64,000 bases of DNA from Vitrella brassicaformis CCMP3155 (lineage: Eukaryota; Protista; Chromerida), in contig CDMY01000231.1 in assembly GCA_001179505.1 (NCBI GenBank), positions 1-64,000 on the forward strand, written 5' to 3'. A program made the position numbers and the translations under genes. The first letter of the stretch is position 1. Every line of letters begins with the position of its first letter. The notes beneath the pieces were generated by a model. The model was not told the DNA's origin. It did not search any database and was given only the letters and a program-made list of their open reading frames with translations. Positions 51,801 through 63,935 of this stretch are shown here, one piece after another.

Positions 51801-54800
51801 CGCCCACGGCTCCTCGGATGGCCTCGTCGTAGTCGGTCGCCGCGCCGTCCTGTGCCGCTGCCGGGGCGCCGTTGAGTGGCGATAGCTTGTCGGAGCTGGA
51901 TACGTTGACGAGGGACGAGCGCATCTTGTCCCATGAGTCGTGGAGGCGCCTGAAGTCCTCCTCGTCCCGCACCTGGCAGACGTCGAGTGCGAGTCGGAGG
52001 TCGGTCTCCTGCGCCATGGCCTCGACGGATGGGTACTTAGCCTCGAAGACGTCGAGGTACTGGAGGTAGCGCTTGGAGCCGCTGAAGGCGCTCTTGAGCC
52101 ACCCCTCGACCGTCATGTCGTGGTTGTCGACCTCCGTGGATGAGGGCGCCTTGCCGCTGCCCTGCTCGTCCTTGGCCGCGTCGCCCGCCGCCGCCAGCCG
52201 CTCCCTGTCCACACCTGACACCTCCTCCACCTTGTCGACATCCCCCTTCTTGCCGATCTTGGTCGGCCGCCCGTGGGCAGTGTCGAGGATGAAGTCGGCA
52301 ATCACTTCGATGGTCGGGTTCTCGAACACCAGTGTCTGAGGCAGCTTGACGCCCGTCAAGTCCGCAACCGAGTTGCGGAACTCCACAGCCCCCAGTGAGT
52401 CGAGACCAAGGTCCATGAGTGGTGCGTCGATCGGGGGCTTCTCAGCAGACCCCGACACCTGCTGCGCCAGCGAGCTCAGCAGACCCGACAGGTCCAGCTT
52501 GCTGATGGCCTTGAGGTCGATCTTGCCACCGCCACTCTCGGCCGACGCTGCCATGGGGATCTCTGAGAAGAAAGCGGGCATGTCGCCATACCGCCGCAGG
52601 AAGGTGGCCCACTTGAGGCCCTGGCAGCCGAACACTGACGGCCCGCGCATACCAGGCGCCAGAGACTGCTGCCGCATGACGTCCCCCATGACACGAAGAA
52701 CAAGATCGTTGGTGATGCCGCGCATTCCCGCCTTGTCGAGGTGCTGCTTGAGTTCCACCGCCATGCCCTGCTGGATCCACGGGCCCCACTGAATGCTCTG
52801 CGCCGCGAGCTTCTTGGATCGCCGGTACTCGGTGAGGGCGTCCAGGCATGAGTTGGCCGCCGAGTAGTTGGCCTGACCAAAGTTGCCGACTAGTGAGGCG
52901 ACGGAAGAGAACATCATGAAGTGGTCGAGAGGGGTCTCCTCGTCGAGCGACAGCTCGTGGAGGTACCAGGCACCCATCACCTGCACACACACACGAGGCA
53001 GAAGCGATGGATGAGGAACACTTCTCGTGAGGGTCTCCTGAGTGTTTGACTGGCTCGCTAGCTCGCTGGCTTAAAAGTGAAGTGACTGTCTGACTGAGTG
53101 AGAGAGCGACGGAATTGGTGAGTGCCTGACTGCCTGCCTGCCTGCCTGCCTTAATGGCGCACGCAAAAAAGGATGGGGTGTGTGAGTAACTGGCGATGCG
53201 AGTGAGTAAGAGGAAGAGAGAGGGCAGCAGTCACGGCCTGGCTGGCTGCCTCACAACCCAAGTGATTGACTGACTGACTGACTGAATCAGTCAATGAATG
53301 AGTCAGTGGGAGTAGAAGCAAGCTTGGGGGTCTCACTCACCTTTGGCAAGTAGACCTTGTCCACCTTGNNNNNNNNNNNNNNNNNNNNNNNNNNNNNNNN
53401 NNNNNNNNNNNNNNNNNNNNNNNNNNNNNNNNNNNNNNNNNNNNNNNNNNNNNNNNNNNNNNNNNNNNNNNNNNNNNNNNNNNNNNNNNNNNNNNNNNNN
53501 NNNNNNNNNNNNNNNNNNNNNNNNNNNNNNNNNNNNNNNNNNNNNNNNNNNNNNNNNNNNNNNNNNNNNNNNNNNNNNNNNNNNNNNNNNNNNNNNNNNN
53601 NNNNNNNNNNNNNNNNNNNNNNNNNNNNNNNNNNNNNNNNNNNNNNNNNNNNNNNNNNNNNNNNNNNNCCCGCACCTAGCAGACGTCGAGTGCGAGTCGG
53701 AGGTCGCTCTCCCGCGCCATGGCCTCGACGGATGGGTACTTGGCCTCGAAGACGTCGAGGTACTGAAGGTAGCGCCTGGAGCCGCTGAAGGCGCTCTTGA
53801 GCCACTCCTCGACCGTCATGTCGTGGTAGTCGACCTCCGTGGATGAGGGCGCCTTGCCGCTGCCCTGCTCGTCCTTGGCCGCGTCGCCCGCCGCCGCCAG
53901 TCGCTCCCTGTCCACACCTGACACCTCTTCCACCTTGTCGACATCCCCCTTCTTGCCGATCTTGGTCGGCCGCCCGTGGGCAGTGTCGAGGATGAAGTCG
54001 GCAATCACTTCGATTGTCGGGTTCTCGAACACCAGTGTCTGCGGCACCCTGACGCCCGTCACCTCCGCAATCGAGTTGCGGAACTCCACGGCCCCCAGTG
54101 AGTCGAGACCAAGGTCCATGAGTGGTGCGTCGATCGGGGGCTTCTCAGCAGACCCCGACACCTGCTGCGCCAGCGAGCTCAGCAGACCCGACAGGTCCAG
54201 CTTGCTGATGGCCTTGAGGTCGACCTTGCCACCGCCACTCTCGGCCGACGCTGCCATGGGGATCTCTGAGAAGAAGGCGGGCATGTCGCCATACCGCCGC
54301 AGGAAGATGGCCCACTTGAGGCCCTGGCAGCCGACCACTGACGGCCCGCGCATACCAGGCGCCAGAGACTGCTGCCGCATGACGTCCCCCATGACACGAA
54401 GACCGAGTTCGTTGGTGATGCCGCGGATGCCGACCTTGTCGAGATGCTGCTTGAGCTCGGCTGCCATTCCCTGCTCGATCCACGGTCCCCACTGGATGCT
54501 CTGACACGGCAGCCCCTGCGACTTGCGGTAGAGGGCGAGGGCGTCCAGACACGAGTTGGCCGCAGAGTAGTTGGTCTGGCCGAAGTTGCCGAGCAGGGAG
54601 GCGACGGACGAGAACATCATGAAGTGGTCGAGAGGGATCCTCTTGCCGAGGGACAGCTCATGGATGTTCCATGCACCCATCACCTGCACACACGATAGAG
54701 GAAAGGGATGAGTCAACAACCTCGTTGGGGAACGATTCATGTTCGGGTTCCCTCTCACCTTTGGCAAGTAGACCTTCTCCACCTTGTCTTTGGTCTGGTT

Positions 54801-57800
54801 GTTGAGGGCAGCGTCGTCAAGCCTCTCAGCTGCGTGGAAGACTCCACGGACTGGGTTCTTGGGCAGCTTCTTCTTGAGGTCAGCGAACAGATTCTCGCAC
54901 TCGTCCTTCTTGGACACATTCACGGCCATGCAGTATATGGTCGCCTTGGAGCGGCCATGAGGCTCGGGCGCCGTCAGCTTCGTCCACAGATCGGAAGCAG
55001 CAACGGCATCAGTCGGCTTTCCGCGCCTGGATAGCAGAGCGACATTTTTTGCTCCCTCCTCCACCAGCCAGTCTGCGACAAGCAGTCCGAGTCCGCCGAG
55101 TCCTCCGGTGATGACATAGCATCCGTCAGTCTGGCGGCCGGCCGGTGTCGCCTCGTCGCGCTGTGTGTCGTCTGTGTGGGGCGGTGCGATGGCTGAGGGT
55201 ATTTGTATGATGACCTTGCCGATGTGCTGCGCTCTCTGCATAAACCTGAAGGCCGCGATGCCGCCGGTAACGTTGTCTGCGGTGCTCATGTCGAATGTGT
55301 GGAGGGGGATGGGTTTGATCTTGCCGCTGTCGACCAGGCCTCGGACACGATCGAGCATGGCGCCGAACCAGTTGGGATCTTGCTCCATCATGTGATCGAC
55401 GGTGATGGCCTCGTACATGGCCAAGTCGGGCCGCCTGGCAAGGACCTCCTCTTTGCTCCAGATGCCGCGCTTGCCGAGCTCCATGAAGCGGCCCTTGAGC
55501 GCCATGGCGTCGAGCGAGAAGGGAATGAAGTCCTCGATGAGGCAGTTGAGGACGACGTCGATCTTGCTGTTGGCCTTGTGCATGTCGGCCTGGAACTGGC
55601 TGGCGTCGCGCGAGCTCGTGACCAAGTGCACGCCCTGCTGTCGTAGGAAGTCCTGTTTGTGCTGGCTGCCCGCCGAGCCATAGACATTGGCCCCGACGGC
55701 CTTGCAGTACTGGATGGCCGCAAGCCCGACGCCGCCCGATGCCGCGTGGACGAGAACGTTGTCTCCCTTGGTGACCTTGGCGAGCTCTCGGAATGCGACC
55801 TCGACCGTCACAAAGACGACCGGCAGGGCGGCCGCCTCTTCGAAGGTCATCGATGCGGGCTTGATGGCCATCAGGTTGGCGTCAGTCGTCACGTACGTCC
55901 GCAGGCAGCCCGGCGCCACGCCGTAGACGTCATCCCCAACACACAAGTGACTCACGCCCTCCCCCACAGCCACTACCGTACCCGAGCAGTCGCCGCCCGG
56001 CGGGCCGGGGTCGCCAGGATACAGACCCATCACGTTCAACACGTCGCGGAAATTCAAACCGATCGCACGAACACGGACCTCGATGCAGCCCACAGGGGGC
56101 GGGATGCGGGCGGCCTGGGCCAGCGGTCTTAGCTCGAGGTCGGTGATGGCTCCTCGCTGTGGCATGTAGAGCTCCACGGCTCCCCTCAGGTCAACCTTGG
56201 CCTTCTGCATCCTCGAGTAGAAGCATGCTGGCTGGCTTGGGGTCTTTTCGGTCGGGCGTGTATTGCGAAGGGCCACCTCTGCCTCATAGCCCACGGTGTC
56301 CCCTTGCGCGTTGAGCAGGATGGCCATCTGTTCTATGAAGCCGTCGACGGTGTCGGGCGAGGTGGGGTCGATGTCGACGCAGCCCATCTTGATGAGAGTG
56401 CCGATGTTGTTCTCCAGCTCCAGTCGGGCCGTCTTGGCGAAGCCCCACAGGCCGGCGTGGCGCGGTATCTCTGGCAGCGTTTCGTCGGGGAGCGCGAGCT
56501 GCGTGCCGCGAGTGACGAGCCAGATGGCAGGGAGTTCGACGTTAGTGCCCAGCTTGAGGATGACCTGGGCCATCCTGAGGGCCTCGCTGACCACCACAAC
56601 CGGGTCGGACCGCTTCTCGAGGCTGCCCATGTGGAGGACGCAGTCCCACTTGTTCTTGTCGGCAAGGATCTTCTCCATGTCCATGGCGTCAGGTGTCTCG
56701 CCGTACGCGATGAGCCGCGACTCTCTGCTCTTCCCGCACTCCACCAGTCTGCTGTACAGCACCTTCTTCCAGGCAGCCGGCACGCCAAACAAAAGCCACC
56801 TTGGTTCAGCGGCAGCAGCCTCCTCCTCAGCAGCAAGCTCCTTGCTTGGCTCGGCCTGTTTCCACGTGACCTCCCAGAGGATGTCCCGGGGTATGTCTGC
56901 AGGCGGCGTGGTGTCCATCTGCCGCAGACTAACGTTCTTGAGGTAGGCGGCGATGCGGCCCCTGCTGTCCTGAATGACCACATCGATGGTCGCAGCACGG
57001 TCCTCGCGCTTGAGCAGGCGGACGTGACTCCACAGCTCGCTCGACGGGGCGATGCGAGCCAGTGAGACCCTCTCCGCCCCCACGGGCACCAGAGCTGCCT
57101 TGGTCTTCCTCTTGCCGGACTGGTCGGCCGCGAGTATGGCGGCGGCTGACTGCAGGGCGCCGTCGAGGATGGCGGGGTGCAGGCGGAAGCCGCCCTCGAA
57201 TGGCTTGATGGGCGGGTCCAACTTGAGCAGGGCCAGCGCCTGGTCATCCGACACGAACAGCTCTGTCACCGTCTGGAACCGCGGGCCGTACGCCAAACCG
57301 ATCTCCTTGAGCTGCGTGTAGAACTCTGACAGCGGGGCGGTCTTGTTGCACCGGTGCTTGAGGGTGGTGAGGTCCTCCACCAGGTCACTCTCGCTGTCGT
57401 CCACGTGGGCGACCTTGACCAGACGGCCGGTGGCGTGCGACACGAAGTCCTCCTCGCCGGGGGCTTGTGTAGTGATCTCGACGGCCATGGGGGGCATGGC
57501 GGCGCTGCTGTCAGTCGTTGGCTGCTTCTCGACGGTGATGCGGATGGTGGGCATCTTGGGGTCGGGCTGCTTGTCATCGGGCTTGGGCAGCATGAGCGGC
57601 CGCTCGAACGACACATCCTCCAGATGCACAAGCTCTGCAGCCGATATCTTGGCCCCCCTCTCCACCTGCGCTGCTGCCAGACCGGCGCTCGCCAGGATAT
57701 CAATGAACCCTGCGCCAGGCATCAGAGGCACGCCTGCAAACGCATCAAGATATACACAAAGCAAATGCTTCAACCAGCAAGCCGCATGTGTCTGGTCTCA

Positions 57801-60484
57801 CCAAGCACGACGTGGTCCTCGATGAGCGTCTTGAGGTCTTGTCGCAGAGTGCCCTCGAAGGTGAGGCCCCTGGGTCTCGTGAGCCGCTGGCCGAGTGCCG
57901 GATGGGCGGTCTCGACCCACGGGAAGCTCTGGTGGTTCCACTGGTGAGTGCCCTTGACCTTGGCGAGGCAGGTCTCGATCGTCAGGCTGACACCGTCCTG
58001 GTCGTCCTTGTCGGGATCCATGGGACCCAGCCAATGCAGATCCATCTTCTCGGCAACCTCCTGCACGCACTGCTTGCCCATGCCGATGAGCGTCGGCCGG
58101 GGGCCGACCTCCACTATCACCCGTGCTCCCGCCTCGACCATCGCTCGCATGCCGTCCATGAAGCGAACCGGCAGCGTGATGTGGTTGGCCCAGTACTCGC
58201 CCCTCACGACCTCGTCGCCAGCCATATTGCCGCTGACGTTGGACACGAGGGGGATCTTGGCCGTCTTGAGGTTGACTGTCGACAGCACCTGCTGGAAGGG
58301 AGCCACAGTCTCACCCATGAGAGGGGAGTGGAAGGCGTGCGAAACAGTGAGGAGCTTGTAGCGGCCCCCCACGTTGAGGGCCTTCATCACGGCCTCGACC
58401 TCGCTCCGCTTGCCCGACACCACCACACTCTTGGGGCCGTTGACGGCNNNNNNNNNNNNNNNNNNNNNNNNNNNNNNNNNNNNNNNNNNNNNNNNNNNNN
58501 NNNNNNNNNNNNNNNNNNNNNNNNNNNNNNNNNNNNNNNNNNNNNNNNNNNNNNNNNNNNNNNNNNNNNNNNNNNNNNNNNNNNNNNNNNNNNNNNNNNN
58601 NNNNNNNNNNNNNNNNNNNNNNNNNNNNNNNNNNNNNNNNNNNNNNNNNNNNNNNNNNNNNNNNNNNNNNNNNNNNNNNNNNNNNNNNNNNNNNNNNNNN
58701 NNNNNNNNNNNNNNNNNNNNNNNNNNNNNNNNNNNNNNNNNNNNNNNAGCAAATGCTTCAACCAGCAAGCCGCATGTGTCTGGTCTCACCAAGCACGACG
58801 TGGTCCTCGATGAGCGTCTTGAGGTCTTGTCGCAGAGTGCCCTCGAAGGTGAGGCCCCTGGGTCTCGTGAGCCGCTGGCCGAGTGCCGGATGGGCGGTCT
58901 CGACCCACGGGAAGCTCTGGTGGTTCCACTGGTGAGTGCCCTTGACCTTGGCGAGGCAGGTCTCGATCGTCAGGCTGACACCGTCCTGGTCGTCCTTGGC
59001 GGGATCCATGGGACCCAGCCAATGCAGATCCATCTTCTCGGCAACCTCCTGCACGCACTGCTTGCCCATGCCGATGAGCGTCGGCCGGGGGCCGACCTCC
59101 ACTATCACCCGTGCTCCCGCCTCGACCATCGCTCGCATGCCGTCCATGAAGCGAACCGGCAGCGTGATGTGGTTGGCCCAGTACTCGCCCCTCACGACCT
59201 CGTCGCCAGCCATATTGCCGCTGACGTTGGACACGAGGGGGATCTTGGCCGTCTTGAGGTTGACTGTCGACAGCACCTGCTGGAAGGGAGCCACAGTCTC
59301 ACCCATGAGAGGGGAGTGGAAGGCGTGCGAAACAGTGAGGAGCTTGTAGCGGCCCCCCACGTTGAGGGCCTTCATCACGGCCTCGACCTCGCTCCGCTTG
59401 CCCGACACCACCACACTCTTGGGGCCGTTGACGGCAGCCACAGAGACCGTCTTGGTCTGACCCTCGCCCACACTTGCGATGCCCTTGAGCACCTCCTCCT
59501 CGCTCAGCCGACACGCGGCCATGACGCCATCATTCTGGGGTGCGTCGTTCATGATTCGTGCTCGTTCTGCGATGAGCCTGAGTCCGTCCTCGAGGCTCAT
59601 GACGCCTGCGATGGTGGCGGCCACGTACTCGCCCAGGCTGTGGCCCATGACCACATCGGGCGTCACACCACGGCTCCGCAGCAGCTGAGCCAACGAGTAC
59701 TCGACCGCAAAGATCAGCGGCTGGGAGAACCGAGTCTGGTCGATCATCTCCTGCATTTTGATCTTCTCCTTGTCGTTCTTGGGGTAGAGGATGCCCGTGA
59801 GCGGAACGGGCAGCAGCGGATCCAGGATGGTCGCGCACTCGTCGATGCACTCCCGGAACACCTTCTCGTTGTCGTAGAGCTTGCGGCCCATGTCGACGTA
59901 CTGTGAGCCCTGCCCAGTGAACATGAACCCGATTTTGTTCTGCAACGCCACCGAGGCCTTGTCCTTGTTGAGCATCTCATCGATCTGCGCCGCACTGAGC
60001 GCCTTGGCCTCCACCAGGATGTGGGCATTGGCGCCACCGAATCCGAATGAGCTCACGTCGCCGACCATGCGGTCCTTGCCTGGCAGGCCGGACACCAGCG
60101 GCACTGGCTCGGTAGGGAAGACCACTGGGAAGGTGTCGTTCATCGATATGTCGGGGTTCAGCTGAGTGAAGTGGCGAGTCCATATGGCACGAATGTGTGT
60201 TGCAGTGTCGTTTGTGTGTGTACCGAGTGGGCTTTTATGACGAGGGCGGCCTTGCTTTCTTCCTCTTCTTCCTCCTTGGCCTTCTCCGCGAGCTGCCTCA
60301 TGGCGGAGTCGAAGCTGCGCAGCACAATGATGGCAGGCAGGCGGCGTTGGGCTTGGTGACGCCGGACGGCTGCCTGCACGTGAATAGCCGCCCTCTGTTG
60401 CGCTTCTCGAAGTGTGCGGCGTCGGGCGTGAGACGGGACGCCTTGTGGCCATTGTGGGAGGTGCTGGGGCGTGGAGGGCGTGGC
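48804..60484 (-). CDS. Type I reducing polyketide/fatty acid synthase: (KS C-terminal tail)-AT-DH-ER-KR-ACP-linker-[gap]-KR-ACP-linker-R-sulfotransferase-like
   Basis: KS tail HFTQLNP..VSSFGFGGANAHIL; AT FTGQGSQY, GHSLGEY, HAFHS; DH DHVVLG|VPLMPG, LHPAILDGALQ; ER HAASGGVGLAA; KR ITGGLGGLG, LDD, GQTNYSAAN; ACP DLGLDSLGAVE (twice); R VLLTGVTGFVG, GYPWSKW; ST-like IIVGLDRMGATLLQRL, RWLLNMP, HR|SPKDVVASWCSL. Two N gaps interrupt it, so it may be one gene or two. Confidence 0.9.
48900..50330 (-). other. Sulfotransferase-like domain (bacterial Stf/Sulfotransfer_3 type) at the PKS C-terminus
   Basis: QPLIIVGLDRMGATLLQRLIAQDP, FHKRFLQHLQWQR, ALDALFETYPNALVVHVHR, FLDVHYDDLINGPMEMVKKIYRHF. Confidence 0.8.
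50400..51700 (-). other. Terminal thioester reductase (R, extended SDR) domain with intact motifs
   Basis: VLLTGVTGFVG, GDFTKEDLG, HVST, GYPWSKWAAEQVL, VYRLP. Confidence 0.9.
53369..53668. other. Assembly gap (300 N) inside the PKS
   Basis: N run between two KR-ACP-linker copies. Confidence 0.99.
58448..58747. other. Assembly gap (300 N) inside the PKS, flanked by a ~690-bp near-identical duplication
   Basis: 57760-58447 repeats 58748-59435 with about one substitution seen. Confidence 0.97.
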
Positions 60485-60849
60485 CTGTAGCCAGCACAGC
60501 AGAGCACCAGCACATGGGTGAGTGGTTTGGCCAGATCATGGATTCATCATGGTTACCGAAGGGGGGGAGCAACATATCCCGCAAAAGGATCCTCTGAAGG
60601 GCATGATGGCGTGATCCCGTCAGTCAGCGAAGCCAGTCAACGAGGTGACGTTGATCGAATCTTAGGGATGAGATGTCGCGAAACAATTGCGATATCGAGG
60701 CGTTTCGAATTCGCAGATGTCGTCTTCTGTCTCTGTTCCACCTCATCCGTCCATCTTTTCCTCTCTCTCGCCCAGCCTGTGCTCATATCCCTCTGTTTCT
60801 CGGTCCCTCCCTTCCGCAGGCCTCCATCCACTCGCGCTCGTCCCTCGCG

Positions 60850-61479
60850 ATGCGGTTCCTTCTCTGCCTTGTCGGTGCCCTCCTGCTGGTCGGCAGTGTG
60901 CACGCAGAGGAACTCATCGACTACGGCAATTGGTGTGGCGTTCGCAACACACAGGACGATGAGAACTACCGCTGTATTGACGGCGTGGACTGCGCTTGTC
61001 GTCAGCACGACCTCTGCATAGAACGCCACCTCAAGGATGGGTACACATTAGAGCTACACAAATGCAGCTGGTACGTACGTAAGGCGAGAGGAAGCAAGCC
61101 GCGCACTTCTCATGTTTTCGCGTCGCGTGTTTGTTTCAGTGACAAGGACTTCCTCAAAGCCCTCCCTGGCGCATCGTGTTCGAAACCGAAGTGCCCCGTA
61201 TACAAAGAGGCTGCCATTGAGCTGTTCCGCCGCAAGCCGTGTATAGAATACAAGCGCCCCTGTATCATGGGACACTGTACCGAGATTCCCGTTCCGGGTG
61301 TGGGCGGGACAGCAGCTACGGGGCCTTCGACAGAATCGGTAGTCGACGATGCTAAGGACGCTGTCGATGCCGCTAGGGACGCCGTCAAAGACGTCGCCGA
61401 TGTCGCCAACGACGCCGCCAAGCGTGGTCGAGATGCCATCAGGAACGTCGCCCCTCGGGTGCCAAAAAAACCCTGGTAG
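60850..61479 (+). CDS. Secreted phospholipase A2-like protein (two exons, intron 61071-61139) with an Asp/Ala/Lys-rich repetitive tail
   Basis: Signal peptide MRFLLCLVGALLLVGSVHA; Ca-loop YGNWCG; catalytic DGVDCACRQHDLC; spliced CSC|DKDFLKAL; tail DDAKDAVDAARDAVKDVADVANDAAKRGRDA. Confidence 0.85.
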   Translation: MRFLLCLVGALLLVGSVHAEELIDYGNWCGVRNTQDDENYRCIDGVDCACRQHDLCIERHLKDGYTLELHKCSWYVRKARGSKPRTSHVFASRVCFSDKDFLKALPGASCSKPKCPVYKEAAIELFRRKPCIEYKRPCIMGHCTEIPVPGVGGTAATGPSTESVVDDAKDAVDAARDAVKDVADVANDAAKRGRDAIRNVAPRVPKKPW

Positions 61480-63599
61480 ATGGATGCCTGCAGGATCGCT
61501 TGGCCGGTGGGTACTGACCGTACACTGAGTACAGACAGAAACACTTGTTGTGTGCCTTTTTTTAATGGTGGTGTATATACGTGTTCTGTCGTAGCGCTTT
61601 GTTTTGACTGTCTGTCTTTTCCCATTCCAAATCGTGTGTGTATGTGTAGGTAGTACGTGAAGGTAGGTAGAAGACAGGTCGATAGGTAGGAAGGTACGTA
61701 TGTGTACAATTTGGCCGTGCCAACTAGAGTACGGTAAGATAGATAGAAAGAAGTCATCGGGCCGACTGGCCGGCTGACTGACTGGCTGGCTGTGGTTTTC
61801 ATCTGACTGACTGTCGATACGCGTACGTGAATGTGTGATGTGCCGTGTGGCCGAGTGGGCTGTGTGGGTGTCTTTAAGCACACCGAGTGCACATACAACA
61901 CTGATGGGATAAATGGATGGATGAGATTACAGTCGAGTGGAGTTCATGCCGCACTTTTCGCCTTTTTCGCTATTCGTCGGACTGAGTTACTCATTTGTGG
62001 GCTTCACAGACAGAGGTGCCTCCGTTTTCATTTGTCTGTCTCACTCATCTTCATTCGCCTGCATGTGTGTGGTGAGTCGTGCGGCCCAGTGGGCTGTGTG
62101 TGACTTCTGTGTGTGAGTATATTTGCGTGAAGCACGCCCTGGACATACAGACGGGACGGATGAGACGCAATGAAGGACACACATTCACTACACATTAAGT
62201 CGATTGGATCATGTTGTGAGTCCCACCAACACCAAGTACATCCACCAAACGAGGTCCATCTGTCAGTCAGCTGGCTAGTGGTCGACCATCGTATCGGCCC
62301 CATGAGCCCCTCCCCCACTCACACCAGCTGCAGCTGCAGCACCACCGCCACCGCCAGCAGTGCCATTCAACAGACGATCAGACATGACTGCACACACAGA
62401 CAGAAAGAGAGAGACACATGAATCGTGGTCCCTCTGTCTTTTCCTGTCCGCCCTGCCTCAAGGGATGAACTGTCCTTCCCTTCGTTGTGGCCTACGTGGC
62501 TGTTCGCGTCTTTGCTTTTGTGGCTGGCTAATGTATGTGTCCTTCATTCATCCGTTGTGTGAAGCGCTCCGAGTCCTGCTGACAGACCGCATGCAAAGAC
62601 GGCGTATGTGCGTGCGTGAGGGTGACTGACAGTGATGGATGAGACGGCGAGTGGATGTTGACATCCACGGGATCGGTTTGTGAGTCGGTTGCCTGTCTCG
62701 CGCGAATGGTTTCAGCAATCTTTGCTGACATATAGTGAGGAACAAGTCTCATAACGTTCGTCCAGAGGATGTGCAGCGTCTACCTGTACACGTACTAGCC
62801 ACACAATCCAAGCATCCAGTTAGTCACTTAGTCGGCCCCACTGCCGTACTCTACTGGCACAGCAGCGCCAAACCAGTCTACCTACCTACCGACCTAAGTG
62901 ACTGACTGACTATCGACACACACACTGCATGCACACACATGGATGAACACACACATGGATGGATGGATGGATGGGTGGGAATGGGAAAAGACAGGGCCAA
63001 AAGAAATGGGCGACAACAAAACAAACGTCTACAGCCATCGTCATGTCAGCCAGCCAGCCAGCCAGCCAGGCAATCAGGCAATCAGGAAGCACAAAGATCC
63101 CGTGGTACCAAATGAGGATGGTTCTTCTCGCTACACCGCATTGTGCGTGGTGTGGCCCAAAACCAAGCCCCTCTCTGATCCCTTTCCAGACTGTGTGTCT
63201 GTCTGTAAGCCGTCACTCAGATGCAACACGAAAGAGAGATCGACCATGCACACACAGACGGCATCCATTCCATCATACCCTCACATCAATCACATTAGCC
63301 ATTCTCGCGCACATCAATCACACAGCAGCTGCCTGGGGACAAATGGCATAGAAAATGACCAACAACTGCAAATCACGAGAAAAAGAAAGAGTTCAGGCAG
63401 CCAGCCATGCACGTTCGTGTGTATTGTACATCCACCAAGACACGCATTCAAGACCAATTGCCAGCAGCGGAGCCCCATTGTGCGTGTCTTGTTGTACCCA
63501 TCATTCAGTGCACTCACGCTTCCACCTACCCCACCCCACCCCACCCCACACCCGACGCCAAGGTCTCACTCGCCTCCATCCATCCATACACACGGTTCA

Positions 63600-63935
63600 C
63601 CCAGATTGCGTGGTCGGTTTGAGGGAGCGGTAGAGGAGAGAAACCGACTCCGGCGTGCAGCACCGCAGCCGCCACTTGGCGCCACATCGGGTGTTTATCA
63701 CCTGCACACATCCACAAACAACCACACATCCACAAACAACCACGAAAACAAAAACGTTATAACGCTTTCGTCGTGGCTGCGTGCAGTGGTAGAGGTATGG
63801 CGTCCGTACGATTTCGAGTTTCGGGTTGTGTTCTCTCATTCGGCAGCCGACAATCTGGCTTCGCTTGAGGGTCTCGCGGACTCGCTTGCCGCTTTTCGGG
63901 GACGGAAATGACACCAAGCTTCTAGTTATCTGTAG
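63600..63935 (-). CDS. Possible exons of a gene entering from the right edge
   Basis: Acceptor-like TTTCTACAG and GTGTGCAG before short open frames (ITRSLVSFPSPKSGKRVRETLKRSQ...). No homology recognised. Confidence 0.2.

Noticed and set aside
57760-59435. Apparent second AT domain (tandem duplication of the AT C-terminus and DH start)
   Set aside because: The copies are almost identical, including intron sequence, and abut an N gap; most simply an unmerged contig overlap.
51041-59906. Many long plus-strand ORFs opposite the PKS
   Set aside because: Antisense shadows, or ORFs inflated by N runs.
24725-60484. Recent bacterial horizontal transfer of FAAL/PKS suggested by long exons
   Set aside because: Both genes carry host-style introns, some at shared positions; long exons alone are not evidence, and phylogeny would be needed.
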